Under the pieces are notes generated by a model, which had not been told where the DNA came from, searched no databases, and was given only the letters and a program-made list of their open reading frames with translations. The position numbers were made by a program, and so were the translations under genes. A stretch of DNA of 60,554 nt, the filler included. It is 5 parts of 5 records of this genome, joined end to end, with 100 filler letters (N's around TTAATTAATTAA, not from the genome) between each part and the next. Parts side by side here need not be neighbours in the genome. Positions count along the whole stretch, not along the records: positions 1 to 16,314 come from SRR31156797_45537; positions 16,415 to 28,423 come from SRR31156797_45571; 3 more parts are not named here. One strand, 5' to 3'. Shown here piece by piece: positions 9,989 to 20,091 of the stretch (the stretch's first letter is position 1; each line of letters opens with the position of its first letter).

Positions 9989-10492
9989 ATGCTTCCGGTT
10001 TTGACCCATCATTCTTTAATTACTTTCGCTTTTGTGGTCCTGCTCGTTTGGGCCGCCGCCAGCGACCTGGCCACCATGCGAATATCGAATCGCATTCCCT
10101 TGGCCATCACCGCCCTCTTTGTTGGTCATGCTTTGACCGATCCTTCTGAAACAAACCTCATCGGAGGATTGATCACGGGGGCCTCGATTTTCCTCGTCGG
10201 CATCGTTTTGTTTGCATCCCGCGCCATGGGAGGCGGCGACGTCAAATTGATGGCCGCCGTCGGATTTTGGGCCGGTCCTGATTTGGTCATCGGTTTTCTC
10301 ATCGTTACCAGCTTGGCCGGAGGTCTCATGGCATTGATTTCAATTACGCCGCTCCGGTTTATCGTCGCTTATGCCCAAACCGCCCTTATGCCCGGGTTTG
10401 CACCTGCACCGAGCTTGAAAGGGCAACTTCCCTATGGATTGGCGATTGCAGCCGGTGGGTTTTTCGTGGCCGCCGGTTTGCTCCAACTCTGA
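9989..10492 (+). CDS. cpaA: Prepilin peptidase (A24)
   Basis: SDLATMRISN, MGGGDVKL and LPYGLAI motifs; directly downstream of flp. Confidence 0.9.
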   Translation: MLPVLTHHSLITFAFVVLLVWAAASDLATMRISNRIPLAITALFVGHALTDPSETNLIGGLITGASIFLVGIVLFASRAMGGGDVKLMAAVGFWAGPDLVIGFLIVTSLAGGLMALISITPLRFIVAYAQTALMPGFAPAPSLKGQLPYGLAIAAGGFFVAAGLLQL

Positions 10493-10516
10493 TCCTGGGT
10501 ATAGGAGGCCTTTACC

Positions 10517-11422
10517 ATGATGTCCGTGCGAACCGTTCTTTTACTCCTGGTAGCCGTAGCCACGGCGACGGTGACCGCACTTTACGCCCGCAACTGGCTC
10601 GACACCGAGCGCGCGGCGATGCTGGCCAACGCACCCGCGGAAGCGGTCGTCGCCCCGGCCAAAAAGGTTCTGGTCGCCAAGATCGATCTAACTGCCGGCA
10701 GCTTCGTATCCAAAGAAGACCTGGAATGGCGACCCTGGCCGGAAGAGGGGATCATCGAATCCTACGCGGTTCAGGGCGAACGGGAATCCGCTGATTTCAT
10801 CGGAACGGTCGTTCGAACAGCCATGATTGCGGGCCAGCCGCTGACCGATGCCCGTGTCGTGTATCCCGGCGATCGCGGTTTTCTTGCAGCCGTCCTCGAC
10901 CCCGGCAAGCGCGCCGTATCAGTGCCGGTCAATGCCACTTCGGGCATCGCTGGATTCGTTTTTCCCGGCGATTGGGTCGATGTCATCCTGACCGTCCGCT
11001 TCCGTGTCGAAGACGAGAACGGGAAAAACAAAAACCGCTATTTCAGCGAGACCCTGTTGTCGGATGTCCGCGTCCTGGCGATCGATCAGGCCGTGGACAA
11101 CGAGGAAGCCGAGGTCGCCGTCGCCAAGACAGCGACCCTCGAAGTCACCCCCAAACATGCCGAAAAAATCGCCATCGGCCTGGAAATGGGTAGCCTTTCG
11201 CTCAGCCTCCACAGCCTCGCGAGAACCCAGGACCGGTTTTCGAAGGTGGCCCGCACGATCGGCGCCGATCCGGACGAAACCGGCAATTCCCGCAGCTACA
11301 CAATGGATTTCGACGTCTACTACATGCGGGACGATCTTTTTGCCGACACCGGTACCGAGTCCCGGCGCAAACAGCAGGTCAACGTGTTGCGGGGCGGCGA
11401 CGCGGAGACTGCGGTCTTTTAA
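10517..11422 (+). CDS. cpaB: Flp pilus assembly protein CpaB/RcpC
   Basis: SAF-like region, GKRAVSVPV, GFVFPGDWVDV, VRVLAIDQ, TLEVTP. Confidence 0.93.
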   Translation: MMSVRTVLLLLVAVATATVTALYARNWLDTERAAMLANAPAEAVVAPAKKVLVAKIDLTAGSFVSKEDLEWRPWPEEGIIESYAVQGERESADFIGTVVRTAMIAGQPLTDARVVYPGDRGFLAAVLDPGKRAVSVPVNATSGIAGFVFPGDWVDVILTVRFRVEDENGKNKNRYFSETLLSDVRVLAIDQAVDNEEAEVAVAKTATLEVTPKHAEKIAIGLEMGSLSLSLHSLARTQDRFSKVARTIGADPDETGNSRSYTMDFDVYYMRDDLFADTGTESRRKQQVNVLRGGDAETAVF

Positions 11423-11438
11423 TGTGGGGAACCCGGCC

Positions 11439-12851
11439 ATGATGGAACGACGCCGAATATTCACGGAGAAAAAAATCTGGCATCGCCTGCTTGCGGTCGC
11501 CGTTGTCGTGTCGGTGGCGTTCGCCATTCTGTCGGCCTGGCCGGCCAGCGGGTTTGAGATCGTCGGCAATGCCGGCGCCAGCCTTTCCTTGGAAATAAAC
11601 CAGGGCCGTCTGGTCCGCCTCGACCGCCCAGCCGCCACGGTCTTCGTCGCCAACCCGGAAATTGCCGATATCCAGGTCAAGTCGCCAAGCCTGATCTATC
11701 TGATGGCCAAGCAGCCGGGCCTGACGACACTGTTCGCGGTCGACGAAGCCGAGGACGTTCTGGCCAATATCGATGTTTCGGTTACCCACAGTCTTGGACG
11801 GTTGCGCCACGCCGTAAATCAGCTGCACGCGGACGAGAACATCCGTGTCGCCAGCGTCAACGGATCGATCGTCATCGACGGCATCGTCGAAACAGCCACG
11901 GTTGCCGAAAATGTGCGAAAACTGGCCGAACGCCTGGCCGGATCGGAAGAGGCCGTAATCAATCGCTTGGGCGTAACAGCGCCGAGCCAGGTCAATCTTC
12001 GTGTCCGGGTAGCCGAGGTTTCCCGCGAAGTCGACAAGCAATTCGGTTTCAACTGGAATATCGTCGGGGCCCTCGGCGGTATCTCCATCGGGATGACGAC
12101 GGCCAACCCGTTTGCCGCCAATGTCACCCAGGGGACCCTCAGCCTCGGCGCCAGCCCGGGCAGCAATTGGGACCTCAACGCCGTCGTCGACGCTCTCGAA
12201 GAGGAAGGCCTGGTCCAGGTCCTGGCCGAACCGAACCTGACCGCGCTTTCCGGCGAAACGGCAAGTTTCCTGGCCGGTGGCGAGTTTCCCATCCTGGTAC
12301 CCGACTCGAACGGCCGGGTGACCATCGAGTGGAAAAAATACGGTGTTTCCCTGGCCTTCACCCCGACCCTGATCGGCGACGGCCGGGTCAATCTTCACGT
12401 CCGGCCCGAGGTCAGTCAGACGTCAAGCACCAACGCCGTCGTTCTGAACAATTTCGAGGTTCCCTCGTTGGTCACCCGCCGGGCCGAAACGACGGTGGAA
12501 CTGGGAAGCGGACAAAGCTTTGCCATCGCCGGCCTGCTTCAGAACAACGTCATACATGACATCAGCAAATTTCCGGGTCTCGGCGACGTGCCGGTATTGG
12601 GCGCTTTGTTTAAATCCGACCGCTTCCAGCGCGAGGAAAGTGAGCTCGTCATCATCGTGACGCCTTACGTCGTCAAACCGGCCAGCAAAGCGAAACTGGC
12701 AGCACCGACCGATGGCCTGCTTCCGCCGAACGACTATGAACGGATCGTTACCGGCGGCACCAATCGCCGCAATCCCGAAGCCGGCCCGAAGCGCACCGTG
12801 GCAGCCGACGGTTCGACGCTGATCGGTCCCGTCGGCTTCCAGTTGGATTGA
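11439..12851 (+). CDS. cpaC: Tad secretin CpaC/RcpA
   Basis: QVNLRVRVAEVSR, LAEPNLTALSGETASFLAGGEFP, PGLGDVPVLGALF, ELVIIVTPY. Start at MMERR, not at 11004. Confidence 0.93.
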   Translation: MMERRRIFTEKKIWHRLLAVAVVVSVAFAILSAWPASGFEIVGNAGASLSLEINQGRLVRLDRPAATVFVANPEIADIQVKSPSLIYLMAKQPGLTTLFAVDEAEDVLANIDVSVTHSLGRLRHAVNQLHADENIRVASVNGSIVIDGIVETATVAENVRKLAERLAGSEEAVINRLGVTAPSQVNLRVRVAEVSREVDKQFGFNWNIVGALGGISIGMTTANPFAANVTQGTLSLGASPGSNWDLNAVVDALEEEGLVQVLAEPNLTALSGETASFLAGGEFPILVPDSNGRVTIEWKKYGVSLAFTPTLIGDGRVNLHVRPEVSQTSSTNAVVLNNFEVPSLVTRRAETTVELGSGQSFAIAGLLQNNVIHDISKFPGLGDVPVLGALFKSDRFQREESELVIIVTPYVVKPASKAKLAAPTDGLLPPNDYERIVTGGTNRRNPEAGPKRTVAADGSTLIGPVGFQLD

Positions 12852-12862
12852 GGAAAACAGCG

Positions 12863-13576
12863 ATGCATACCGATGACCGTATTACGCCGTGTATTGTTTG
12901 GAGTTTTATCGCGCTGCTGTTTTTGCTGTTTCTTTCCGGTTGTCATACCGTTCGCGAGGACTGGGTGAATGTGCCGAAGAAACGCGACCCTGCAACCAAC
13001 CTGGTTCAGTACGTGCACGCCGTGTCTTTCGCCGAAGGTTCCGAGCGCCTGGCAAATGGCGAACGGAATCGGCTCGACGAATTTTTGACACATCACCGGG
13101 TCGGTAAGCCGGATTCCGTCATGTTGGTTCCGTCCGACGGTGCCAATAAATCAGCCACACGAAGAACGGAAACCGTCCGGGCCTACTTGGCGCACCGCCG
13201 CATTTCAGCACGCACGGCAATTGATGGATTCGGAATCGTGGCTCCGGAACCGAACACAGTATCGGTAGTCATGAGACGGCATGTCGTCACGCTACCGGGC
13301 TGTCCGGACTGGACCGATCGTCCGGGCATCACCTGGAACAATACGACCACCAGCAACTGGGGATGCGCCACTGCCGTCAATCTTGGACTGATGGTGGCCA
13401 ATCCGGCAGACCTTTCCGATCCGCGCACTCCCGGACCGATCGATGGCGAATTTGCGGTTCTGGCAATCCAGCGCTATCGGGCCGGCGAAACGAAGCCCCT
13501 GGAACCGGAGGACGTCGGCACCACTCAAGCGCAGCAAAAACAGGGCGGAAGCGGCGGTGGAGGCAGCGGGGACTGA
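12863..13576 (+). CDS. cpaD: CpaD pilus biogenesis lipoprotein
   Basis: Lipobox LSGC, CPDW and NWGCATAVNLGLMVANPADL. Confidence 0.9.
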   Translation: MHTDDRITPCIVWSFIALLFLLFLSGCHTVREDWVNVPKKRDPATNLVQYVHAVSFAEGSERLANGERNRLDEFLTHHRVGKPDSVMLVPSDGANKSATRRTETVRAYLAHRRISARTAIDGFGIVAPEPNTVSVVMRRHVVTLPGCPDWTDRPGITWNNTTTSNWGCATAVNLGLMVANPADLSDPRTPGPIDGEFAVLAIQRYRAGETKPLEPEDVGTTQAQQKQGGSGGGGSGD

Positions 13577-14799
13577 TGGCCATGCCGATGATCGCCGAGA
13601 ACCTGTCAATGTCGGAAGCCGGCCGCGAACCCATCGGCGCCTTCGTCTGCGATGAAATCACCCGGGTCACGGCCGAACGCGCCGCCGCCGACAATGGATG
13701 GACCGATATTCAAGTCCTGGAAGGTGGAATCGCCAAGGCGCTGGCGGTGTTGCCGAATATTCCGACGCCACGGTTCCTGATCGTCGATTTTTCCGAATCT
13801 AACGATCCTGCTGCCGAAGCCGAGAGCTTGGCGCTCGTTTGTGACGAAAATACGCGCGTCATTGCATTGGGCACGGTCAACGACATCGAGCTTTTTCGAC
13901 AATTCATCGAATTGGGGGTCGAAGACTATCTGCTGAAGCCGGTATCGGCCGAAACCCTGTCGGCGGCAATGGCACGTGATGTTGCCGAACCGACGGTAAC
14001 GGAGGCAGCGGCTCATCAAGGACGTCTGGTGACGGTAATCGGGGCGAGGGGAGGCATCGGCGCCACTTCCGTTGCGGTCAATACGGCTTGGTTGATGGCG
14101 CACGAACAGGACATCCGGGTCGCGTTGGTCGACCTGGACCTGCATTTCGGGACGGTCGCCTTGTCGTTGGATGTCGAGCCCGGTCGCGGTTTCACGGAAG
14201 CGATCGAAACTCCCAGCCGTATCGATGGCCTGTTCATCGAGCGGGCAATGACGCGGGCCGCCAAAAATCTTTTTGTATTGGGGACGGAGCGTCGGCTGGA
14301 CCAGATTCCTCATCCCACGGCCCAAGCCATCGATCCGCTTCTGGCGCGCCTGCGAAGCGATTTCGACAATATCGTCGTCGATGTACCGCGTCGCGTCGCC
14401 TTGACCATTCCGGATCTTTTGGCCGAATCGCAAACTGTCATCCTGGTTAGCGATCTCTCTCTCGCCGGAATGCGCGATGCTCTTCGAATTGCCGAATTCG
14501 TCCGTTCGGCCGCACCCAAGGCGGAACTCAGGATCGCGGTCAATCGGGCCGGGCAGATGAAAAGGGCGGAACTCGACAGTCGGGAGTTCGAACGCAATGT
14601 CGAAGCTCCGATCGCCGCCCTGCTTCCCGACGATCCGAAAACTACCGCAAAAAGTGCCGGTCTGGGACGCCCGCTCGTCGCCGTCGCTCCGAAGGGACGC
14701 TACGCGGCGGCACTGCGTCCACTGAGCCGCGAAACAAGCGGCGTCAAAATTCCTGAAAAAACGTCCTTGTGGAAAAAACTGGCAAGGAAAAAACGCTGA
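13576..14799 (+). CDS. cpaE: CpaE/TadZ (REC-like + MinD-like ATPase)
   Basis: N-terminal receiver-like domain (NDIELFR...DYLLKP), deviant Walker GARGGIGATS, VDLDLHFG; ATG overlaps the cpaD stop. Confidence 0.9.
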   Translation: MAMPMIAENLSMSEAGREPIGAFVCDEITRVTAERAAADNGWTDIQVLEGGIAKALAVLPNIPTPRFLIVDFSESNDPAAEAESLALVCDENTRVIALGTVNDIELFRQFIELGVEDYLLKPVSAETLSAAMARDVAEPTVTEAAAHQGRLVTVIGARGGIGATSVAVNTAWLMAHEQDIRVALVDLDLHFGTVALSLDVEPGRGFTEAIETPSRIDGLFIERAMTRAAKNLFVLGTERRLDQIPHPTAQAIDPLLARLRSDFDNIVVDVPRRVALTIPDLLAESQTVILVSDLSLAGMRDALRIAEFVRSAAPKAELRIAVNRAGQMKRAELDSREFERNVEAPIAALLPDDPKTTAKSAGLGRPLVAVAPKGRYAAALRPLSRETSGVKIPEKTSLWKKLARKKR

Positions 14800-16314
14800 T
14801 GTTCGGACAACGGCAAAGTGCAGTCCAAAAGGTTATCGCTTTTCCCGAGGCGACCGATAAAGACACCCTCGCCGATTGGCAGCCGGTTGCCGATTTGTCG
14901 TTGGAAACCGCAAGAGAGCCTTCCGACAGCGAGGCCATCGAGCGTCTGGTCGAACTGGCCGGACCGATTGTTGCCGAACGTGTCGATGCTCTGGAGGGCG
15001 CGACCATGGACCGCGGCCTGTTGGCAGACACCATAGGCCATATCGTCGACGAGGGGGCGACGAACGCTGGCATTATCGTGGAAGACCATGACCGCCGTGA
15101 CGCAATCACCGTTCTCTTAAACGATTTTCTGCTCAACGCCCGCCGGAACTATCCTGAGATTGTGCCGACGCTGGCACCTGCGAGCGGTTCCAACGCCTGC
15201 CGCGACAGCATCATCGCCGCAAAGAACCGGCTTCAGCCGATCCTGATGGAACAAATCGATCTGACAAAGGCATCGGCCCTGCCACGTAACGAACTTGCCC
15301 AGCAAATCGGCGATCTGGTCGGCGAAATCCTTGCCGAAGAGCGGATGCAGATCAATCAGCTCGAACAGCGCGATCTGATCACGTCACTCTTGAACGACAT
15401 GTTGGGACTGGGACCGTTGGAACCGCTTTTGGCCGACGACAAAGTCACCGACATCATGGTCAATGGGCCGAAGCAGGTCTATGTCGAGCGAGGAGGGAAG
15501 CTGGATCTGTCCGACGTCACCTTCGCCGACGATGCCCATGTGATGAACATCGCGACACGGATTGTCACCCTGGTCGGACGCCGCATCGATGAATCGACAC
15601 CGTTGGTCGACGCCCGCCTCGCCGACGGATCACGCGTCAACATCATCGTTCCGCCTCTGGCTATCGACGGCCCAACCATTTCGATCCGGAAATTTGCCAA
15701 ACAGAAAATCACGCTGGATGTGATGGAGCGCCAGAAAAACCTGTCGCCCGAAATGGCGAAGGTGCTCAAAATAGCTTCGCGTTGCCGATTGAATATCCTG
15801 ATTTCGGGCGGCACCGGATCCGGCAAAACGACGCTTCTCAATGCCATGTCGCGAATGATCGACCACGGCGAACGCATTGTAACCATCGAAGATGCCGCCG
15901 AACTGCAGCTGCAACAGCCGCATGTCGTTCGGCTTGAAACGCGTCCGCCCAACCTTGAGGGTGGCGGCGAAATCACCCAACGCGAACTGGTTAAAAACAC
16001 GCTTCGCATGCGCCCGGACCGCATCATCCTGGGCGAAATCCGGGCCGGCGAGGCATTGGACATGCTTCAGGCCATGAACACCGGCCACGACGGATCGATG
16101 TGCACCATCCACGCCAACCGGCCGCGTGAGGCCCTGGTCCGTTTGGAAAACATGGTGGCGATGGCCGGTGTCAAGCTTCCCAACGAAGCCGTACGGTCGC
16201 AGATTGCCGGCGCCGTCAATCTGGTCGTACAGATTTCCCGAATGCGCGACGGCGTACGCCGCATCACCCAAATTTCCGAAGTCATCGGCATGGAAGGCGA
16301 CGTCGTGACCATGC
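14799..16314 (+). CDS. cpaF: CpaF/TadA secretion ATPase, truncated at contig end
   Basis: [38 protein letters not shown]. Confidence 0.95.
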
Positions 16315-16414
16315 NNNNNNNNNNNNNNNNNNNNNNNNNNNNNNNNNNNNNNNNNNNNTTAATTAATTAANNNNNNNNNNNNNNNNNNNNNNNNNNNNNN
16401 NNNNNNNNNNNNNN
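16315..16414. other. Artificial contig spacer
   Basis: N-run + TTAATTAATTAA (stops in all six frames) + N-run; composition and gene content change across it. Confidence 0.98.
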
Positions 16415-16716
16415 TCGCAATGATCGTTGTGCAGATGGGTGTGGATGATGATATCAATATCTTCAGGCTTGAGACCGTATTTCGCCAGCCCCTCCTCAAA
16501 AGTATAAATTTTGCCCCCAATGGATTTTTCCCGTTCATCCGAAATAATCGGGTGCATTTCACCCGTATCCACCAGAATTTTTTTATCTCCACCTTCTATA
16601 TACCAAGCATATATAGGGATAGTATACGGAGTGCCGTACCCCTGCTGGTACGTCATCATTCCCTTGTCAAATACCTTGGTTCCCATGACTATGGGATGAA
16701 TGGTGTATGTGCTCAT
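16415..16716 (-). CDS. Metallo-beta-lactamase fold, N-acyl homoserine lactonase-like; truncated
   Basis: ILVDTG and HTHLHNDH metal-binding motif. Confidence 0.85.
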
Positions 16717-17026
16717 AATTATAACTCCCTTTTCTCTGCTGTCTCAACGTATGAACGAGCCTGCAATTTTGTCAAGCGACAGGGCCGTTCCCGACATTAC
16801 TTGATCTCTGAACAGGTCATCTTTAACGAGAAAAATTTCACACGGGGCATTATTTCTCACTATACACGTCTTGACCGCTTTTACCGAAGCCGGTAGGTAA
16901 TTGAAATACGAGGATTTAATATCTCGTTTCCATTGGATAACCTGCGCAACCTTTGTTAAACCATTTCAAACGGTTGTATCGCAAAGATTGTGTGACCGCG
17001 AATATGATTCTTCAAGGAGAATAAGC

Positions 17027-17485
17027 ATGGATGTTAAACTGGCAAAGCCCTTCATAAAAGCAGCCGTTGATGTACTGTCCACCATGGCGTTCATCAAACC
17101 CGAGGTTGGCAAGCCCTACGTCAAAAAAAACAATGTCGCGGCGGGTGACGTCTCCGGCATGGTAGGCATCACCGGTGAAAAGAACGGTAGCGTTTCCCTC
17201 TCTTTCTCAAAAGGGTGTGCCGTAGCCATCGTCAAAAACATGCTTGGAGACGAAATTGATGATATTATGCAGGACGTTAAGGACGCAGTCGGCGAATTGA
17301 CCAACATGATTTCCGGTCAAGCCCGAGCTGGGCTTGCCGAAAGCGGCCTTGTTTTTCAGGGATCAACTCCAACAGTCGTCATGGGAGACAATCATACTAT
17401 CTCCCACATGGCGAAATCGCCCATCATGGCTATCCCCTTCACAACGAAGGACGGGGACTTCACCATTGAATTCTGCTTCGAGTAA
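17027..17485 (+). CDS. cheX: Chemotaxis phosphatase CheX
   Basis: DVSGMVGITG, DAVGELTNMISG (ExxN); AAGGAG RBS before ATG 17027. Confidence 0.92.
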   Translation: MDVKLAKPFIKAAVDVLSTMAFIKPEVGKPYVKKNNVAAGDVSGMVGITGEKNGSVSLSFSKGCAVAIVKNMLGDEIDDIMQDVKDAVGELTNMISGQARAGLAESGLVFQGSTPTVVMGDNHTISHMAKSPIMAIPFTTKDGDFTIEFCFE

Positions 17486-17515
17486 ACCGACGACAATGTA
17501 AGATGTGGAGAGACC

Positions 17516-19099
17516 ATGCCAATGCTTGACAATTTTAGAGACAAGGAATTTCTGGATCAAATAACGATCCTCAATGAAATTTCAGGAAGCAAGAACCCGG
17601 ATGCCCTCCCCGGCCTTCTGGAACTTCTCAAAAACCCGGTGGGAGACACTTCCATCGACTATATGGTAGTCAACGCCCTCAACGCAGTCCTGTCCAGCAA
17701 CGAAGATGAGGTTGTTGCAGGCTTGAATGACTCCCATGACGGATACAAAATCCTCTGCATTCGAGTTGCAGGCGAATATGCCATCAAAAGAGCGGCCCAT
17801 CCTTTGGTTGCCCTTGCCGAAGTTGAGACTGACCTTGACCGTCTCATGGAAATACTCACTTCGCTTGCTCGCATTGCTGACGATTCAGCCTTACCCATAT
17901 TCAGAAAATTCCTGAGCCATGAAGATGCTTTCATCCAATCTTCCTGCATCGAAGCACTTGGTAAGCTAAAAGACACCGAGTCTGTTACACATCTCAAGGC
18001 CATGATTACCGAAAGCGAAGCCCCGGATCGCTTTGAAGTCTGCGATATTACCACATGGAAGGCCGTGGACGCTCTGGCGACATATGACTCGGACGACACC
18101 ATCGCATTTCTGGTGGAAAAGCTGCACCACAACAACCCCACAGTCAGACGCATTATCACCGACGCCCTGATTTCCATCGGCGCCCAATGCATTCCCATGC
18201 TTCTGTCCGCATTCGAAGCAGGTGACACTGACAACAAAATTCTGGCAGCCAACGTTCTTGGCTTCCTGCGTAACAAACTGGGCGCAGACGGACTGGTCGC
18301 AGCTTTTGACAAAGGCTTGGCTGAAGACGAAAACGTCCGTTATGCCGTTTATGAGGCCCTTGGTCGCATCGGCACAATGAAGGGCATCATTTGTTTGGTA
18401 GACGGCCTTTCCGAAACCGAAGAATTGATTCTCATGGCTGTCATCGGAGGTCTGGAAAAACACGTCAACCCTGGCATGATTTCTACATTGACCTCAATGA
18501 TCATCAGGGCAGACGACCAGGCAGACAGACTTGCCCGAGGCGTTATCTCCTCCAAGGCTACCGCCATTTTTGATGCTCTTTACGAGACTCAAGGCGCTGC
18601 AGATGCTCTGATGGACGCACTGGCCGAATCCAATGACCCAGAAATCATCGAAGAATTCCGTGTTGTGCTTAATGAAATCGGTGGCTCACGCGCTGAACAA
18701 GACATCCAGAGACTGCCTCAGGTCTCCACGGGGTCCAAGAAAGCACTGGCCGCAGATGACTCACGATCCATGTGTGCCATGCACCGTGCCATCCTGACGG
18801 ACCTTGGCTTTGAACCGTTCATGGCCACCAATGGCGAAGAAGCCTACGAGTTTATTGAGCAGGGAGAAGAATTCGAAATCATCATCACTGATATGAACAT
18901 GCCCGTCATGGACGGCATGGAACTGGTGGGCAAGGTTCGATCCACACCAGGGCTGGAAGACATCCCTATCATCATGGTAACCACCGAATCAGAAGCATCC
19001 CAACAAAATCTGGCCACAAAAGCCGGAGTCACAGCCTTCATCACCAAGCCGTTCAAACCGGACGAGCTTAAAGCAAAAATCGCTGAGATTACTTCATAA
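17516..19099 (+). CDS. HEAT-repeat protein with C-terminal CheY-like receiver domain
   Basis: Repeated EALG/ALxxIG helices; REC motifs ADDS, TDMNMPVMDG, MVTTE, KPF. Confidence 0.88.
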   Translation: MPMLDNFRDKEFLDQITILNEISGSKNPDALPGLLELLKNPVGDTSIDYMVVNALNAVLSSNEDEVVAGLNDSHDGYKILCIRVAGEYAIKRAAHPLVALAEVETDLDRLMEILTSLARIADDSALPIFRKFLSHEDAFIQSSCIEALGKLKDTESVTHLKAMITESEAPDRFEVCDITTWKAVDALATYDSDDTIAFLVEKLHHNNPTVRRIITDALISIGAQCIPMLLSAFEAGDTDNKILAANVLGFLRNKLGADGLVAAFDKGLAEDENVRYAVYEALGRIGTMKGIICLVDGLSETEELILMAVIGGLEKHVNPGMISTLTSMIIRADDQADRLARGVISSKATAIFDALYETQGAADALMDALAESNDPEIIEEFRVVLNEIGGSRAEQDIQRLPQVSTGSKKALAADDSRSMCAMHRAILTDLGFEPFMATNGEEAYEFIEQGEEFEIIITDMNMPVMDGMELVGKVRSTPGLEDIPIIMVTTESEASQQNLATKAGVTAFITKPFKPDELKAKIAEITS

Positions 19100-19133
19100 A
19101 TAAAAAAGGCCTCGTTAAGAGGCCTTTTTTATT
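19099..19133. terminator. Bidirectional intrinsic terminator
   Basis: AATAAAAAAGGCCTC-gttaa-GAGGCCTTTTTTATT between convergent genes. Confidence 0.88.
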
Positions 19134-19151
19134 GCAAACCAAAACACAAAA

Positions 19152-19979
19152 TCATTCTGTTTTCGATGCCCGGAGAAACTCGATAGCCATTTCAGCCACC
19201 TCTTCAGAAAAAAGCATCCACACGTGACTCATGGGGGAACAGATTTGTTCCTGCCATCCGGCTCTCCCTGTGCGAAGCATATCCAAAGGGAAAACATAAT
19301 CATCTGTCAGCGTATAAATACCGAGTCGAGGACAATTCGGGTCCGGTGTCCCCTCCACTTTTTGCGCAATATATCTGCCCGGAATAAGAGAACGAGCCAT
19401 ACGGTTACTTCCAAGCCACGCCAGATCACTGCCTTTATGCGGTGATCCCAAAGTGATCAAAGCAGCCACCCGATCTTGATACTCAGTTTTTCCCGCAACG
19501 CAACGAGACACCAAACCTCCGAGACTATGGCCTATAAGTATAACCTTGCCGTCAGAACTCTGAGCAAGCAATTGATTGAGCTTCGCCTCCATCCCGGCCA
19601 ATGCCATATCGAAATCCTTGGTAAAACTATTGTATTGATACGTGTGCAAGTTAGAAAAACCAGCCTGCTTGAGTCGACGCCGAAACACGGTCCATGCAGA
19701 TTTGTTATGATATAAACCGTGTACCATCAGTATGGGGGTTCCCGGTGCGTATTCATCCCGATCTGGAAGCAGGGCAAGCAAACTGGTCGGAAGTACGATA
19801 CAGTCAGCAGCAACAGACGTAAGCACCCCCTTCCCGACCGCCCTATCCATTTGACCGGTACCTTCACGAATTTCGGCTAATTGCCCGGCGATGCCGTTGG
19901 AAAGAATGAACGCTCCATACCGCAACACGGACAGGACCACGATAATAAAAACCATAAGGGAAAGGATAAATATCAGCAT
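19152..19979 (-). CDS. Membrane-anchored alpha/beta hydrolase (lipase/esterase)
   Basis: MVHGL, GHSLGG nucleophile elbow, TLGSPHKG; N-terminal hydrophobic helix. Confidence 0.85.
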   Translation of the reverse strand: MLIFILSLMVFIIVVLSVLRYGAFILSNGIAGQLAEIREGTGQMDRAVGKGVLTSVAADCIVLPTSLLALLPDRDEYAPGTPILMVHGLYHNKSAWTVFRRRLKQAGFSNLHTYQYNSFTKDFDMALAGMEAKLNQLLAQSSDGKVILIGHSLGGLVSRCVAGKTEYQDRVAALITLGSPHKGSDLAWLGSNRMARSLIPGRYIAQKVEGTPDPNCPRLGIYTLTDDYVFPLDMLRTGRAGWQEQICSPMSHVWMLFSEEVAEMAIEFLRASKTE

Positions 19980-20091
19980 GACGGCACAATGACGGCAGAG
20001 CGAGTCGGTGTCAACTTGGTACCATAGTGACACATCTTGCCCTTTGGACAATTCCGGGTGTATCTCCTTACCAAACAAAAAGGAGATCAAC

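Noticed and set aside
11004-11438. 145-aa N-terminal extension of CpaC (also upstream extensions of CpaA, CpaE and the 19152/20008 ORFs)
   Set aside because: The extensions overlap neighbouring genes or intergenic DNA and lack family features; downstream starts fit better.
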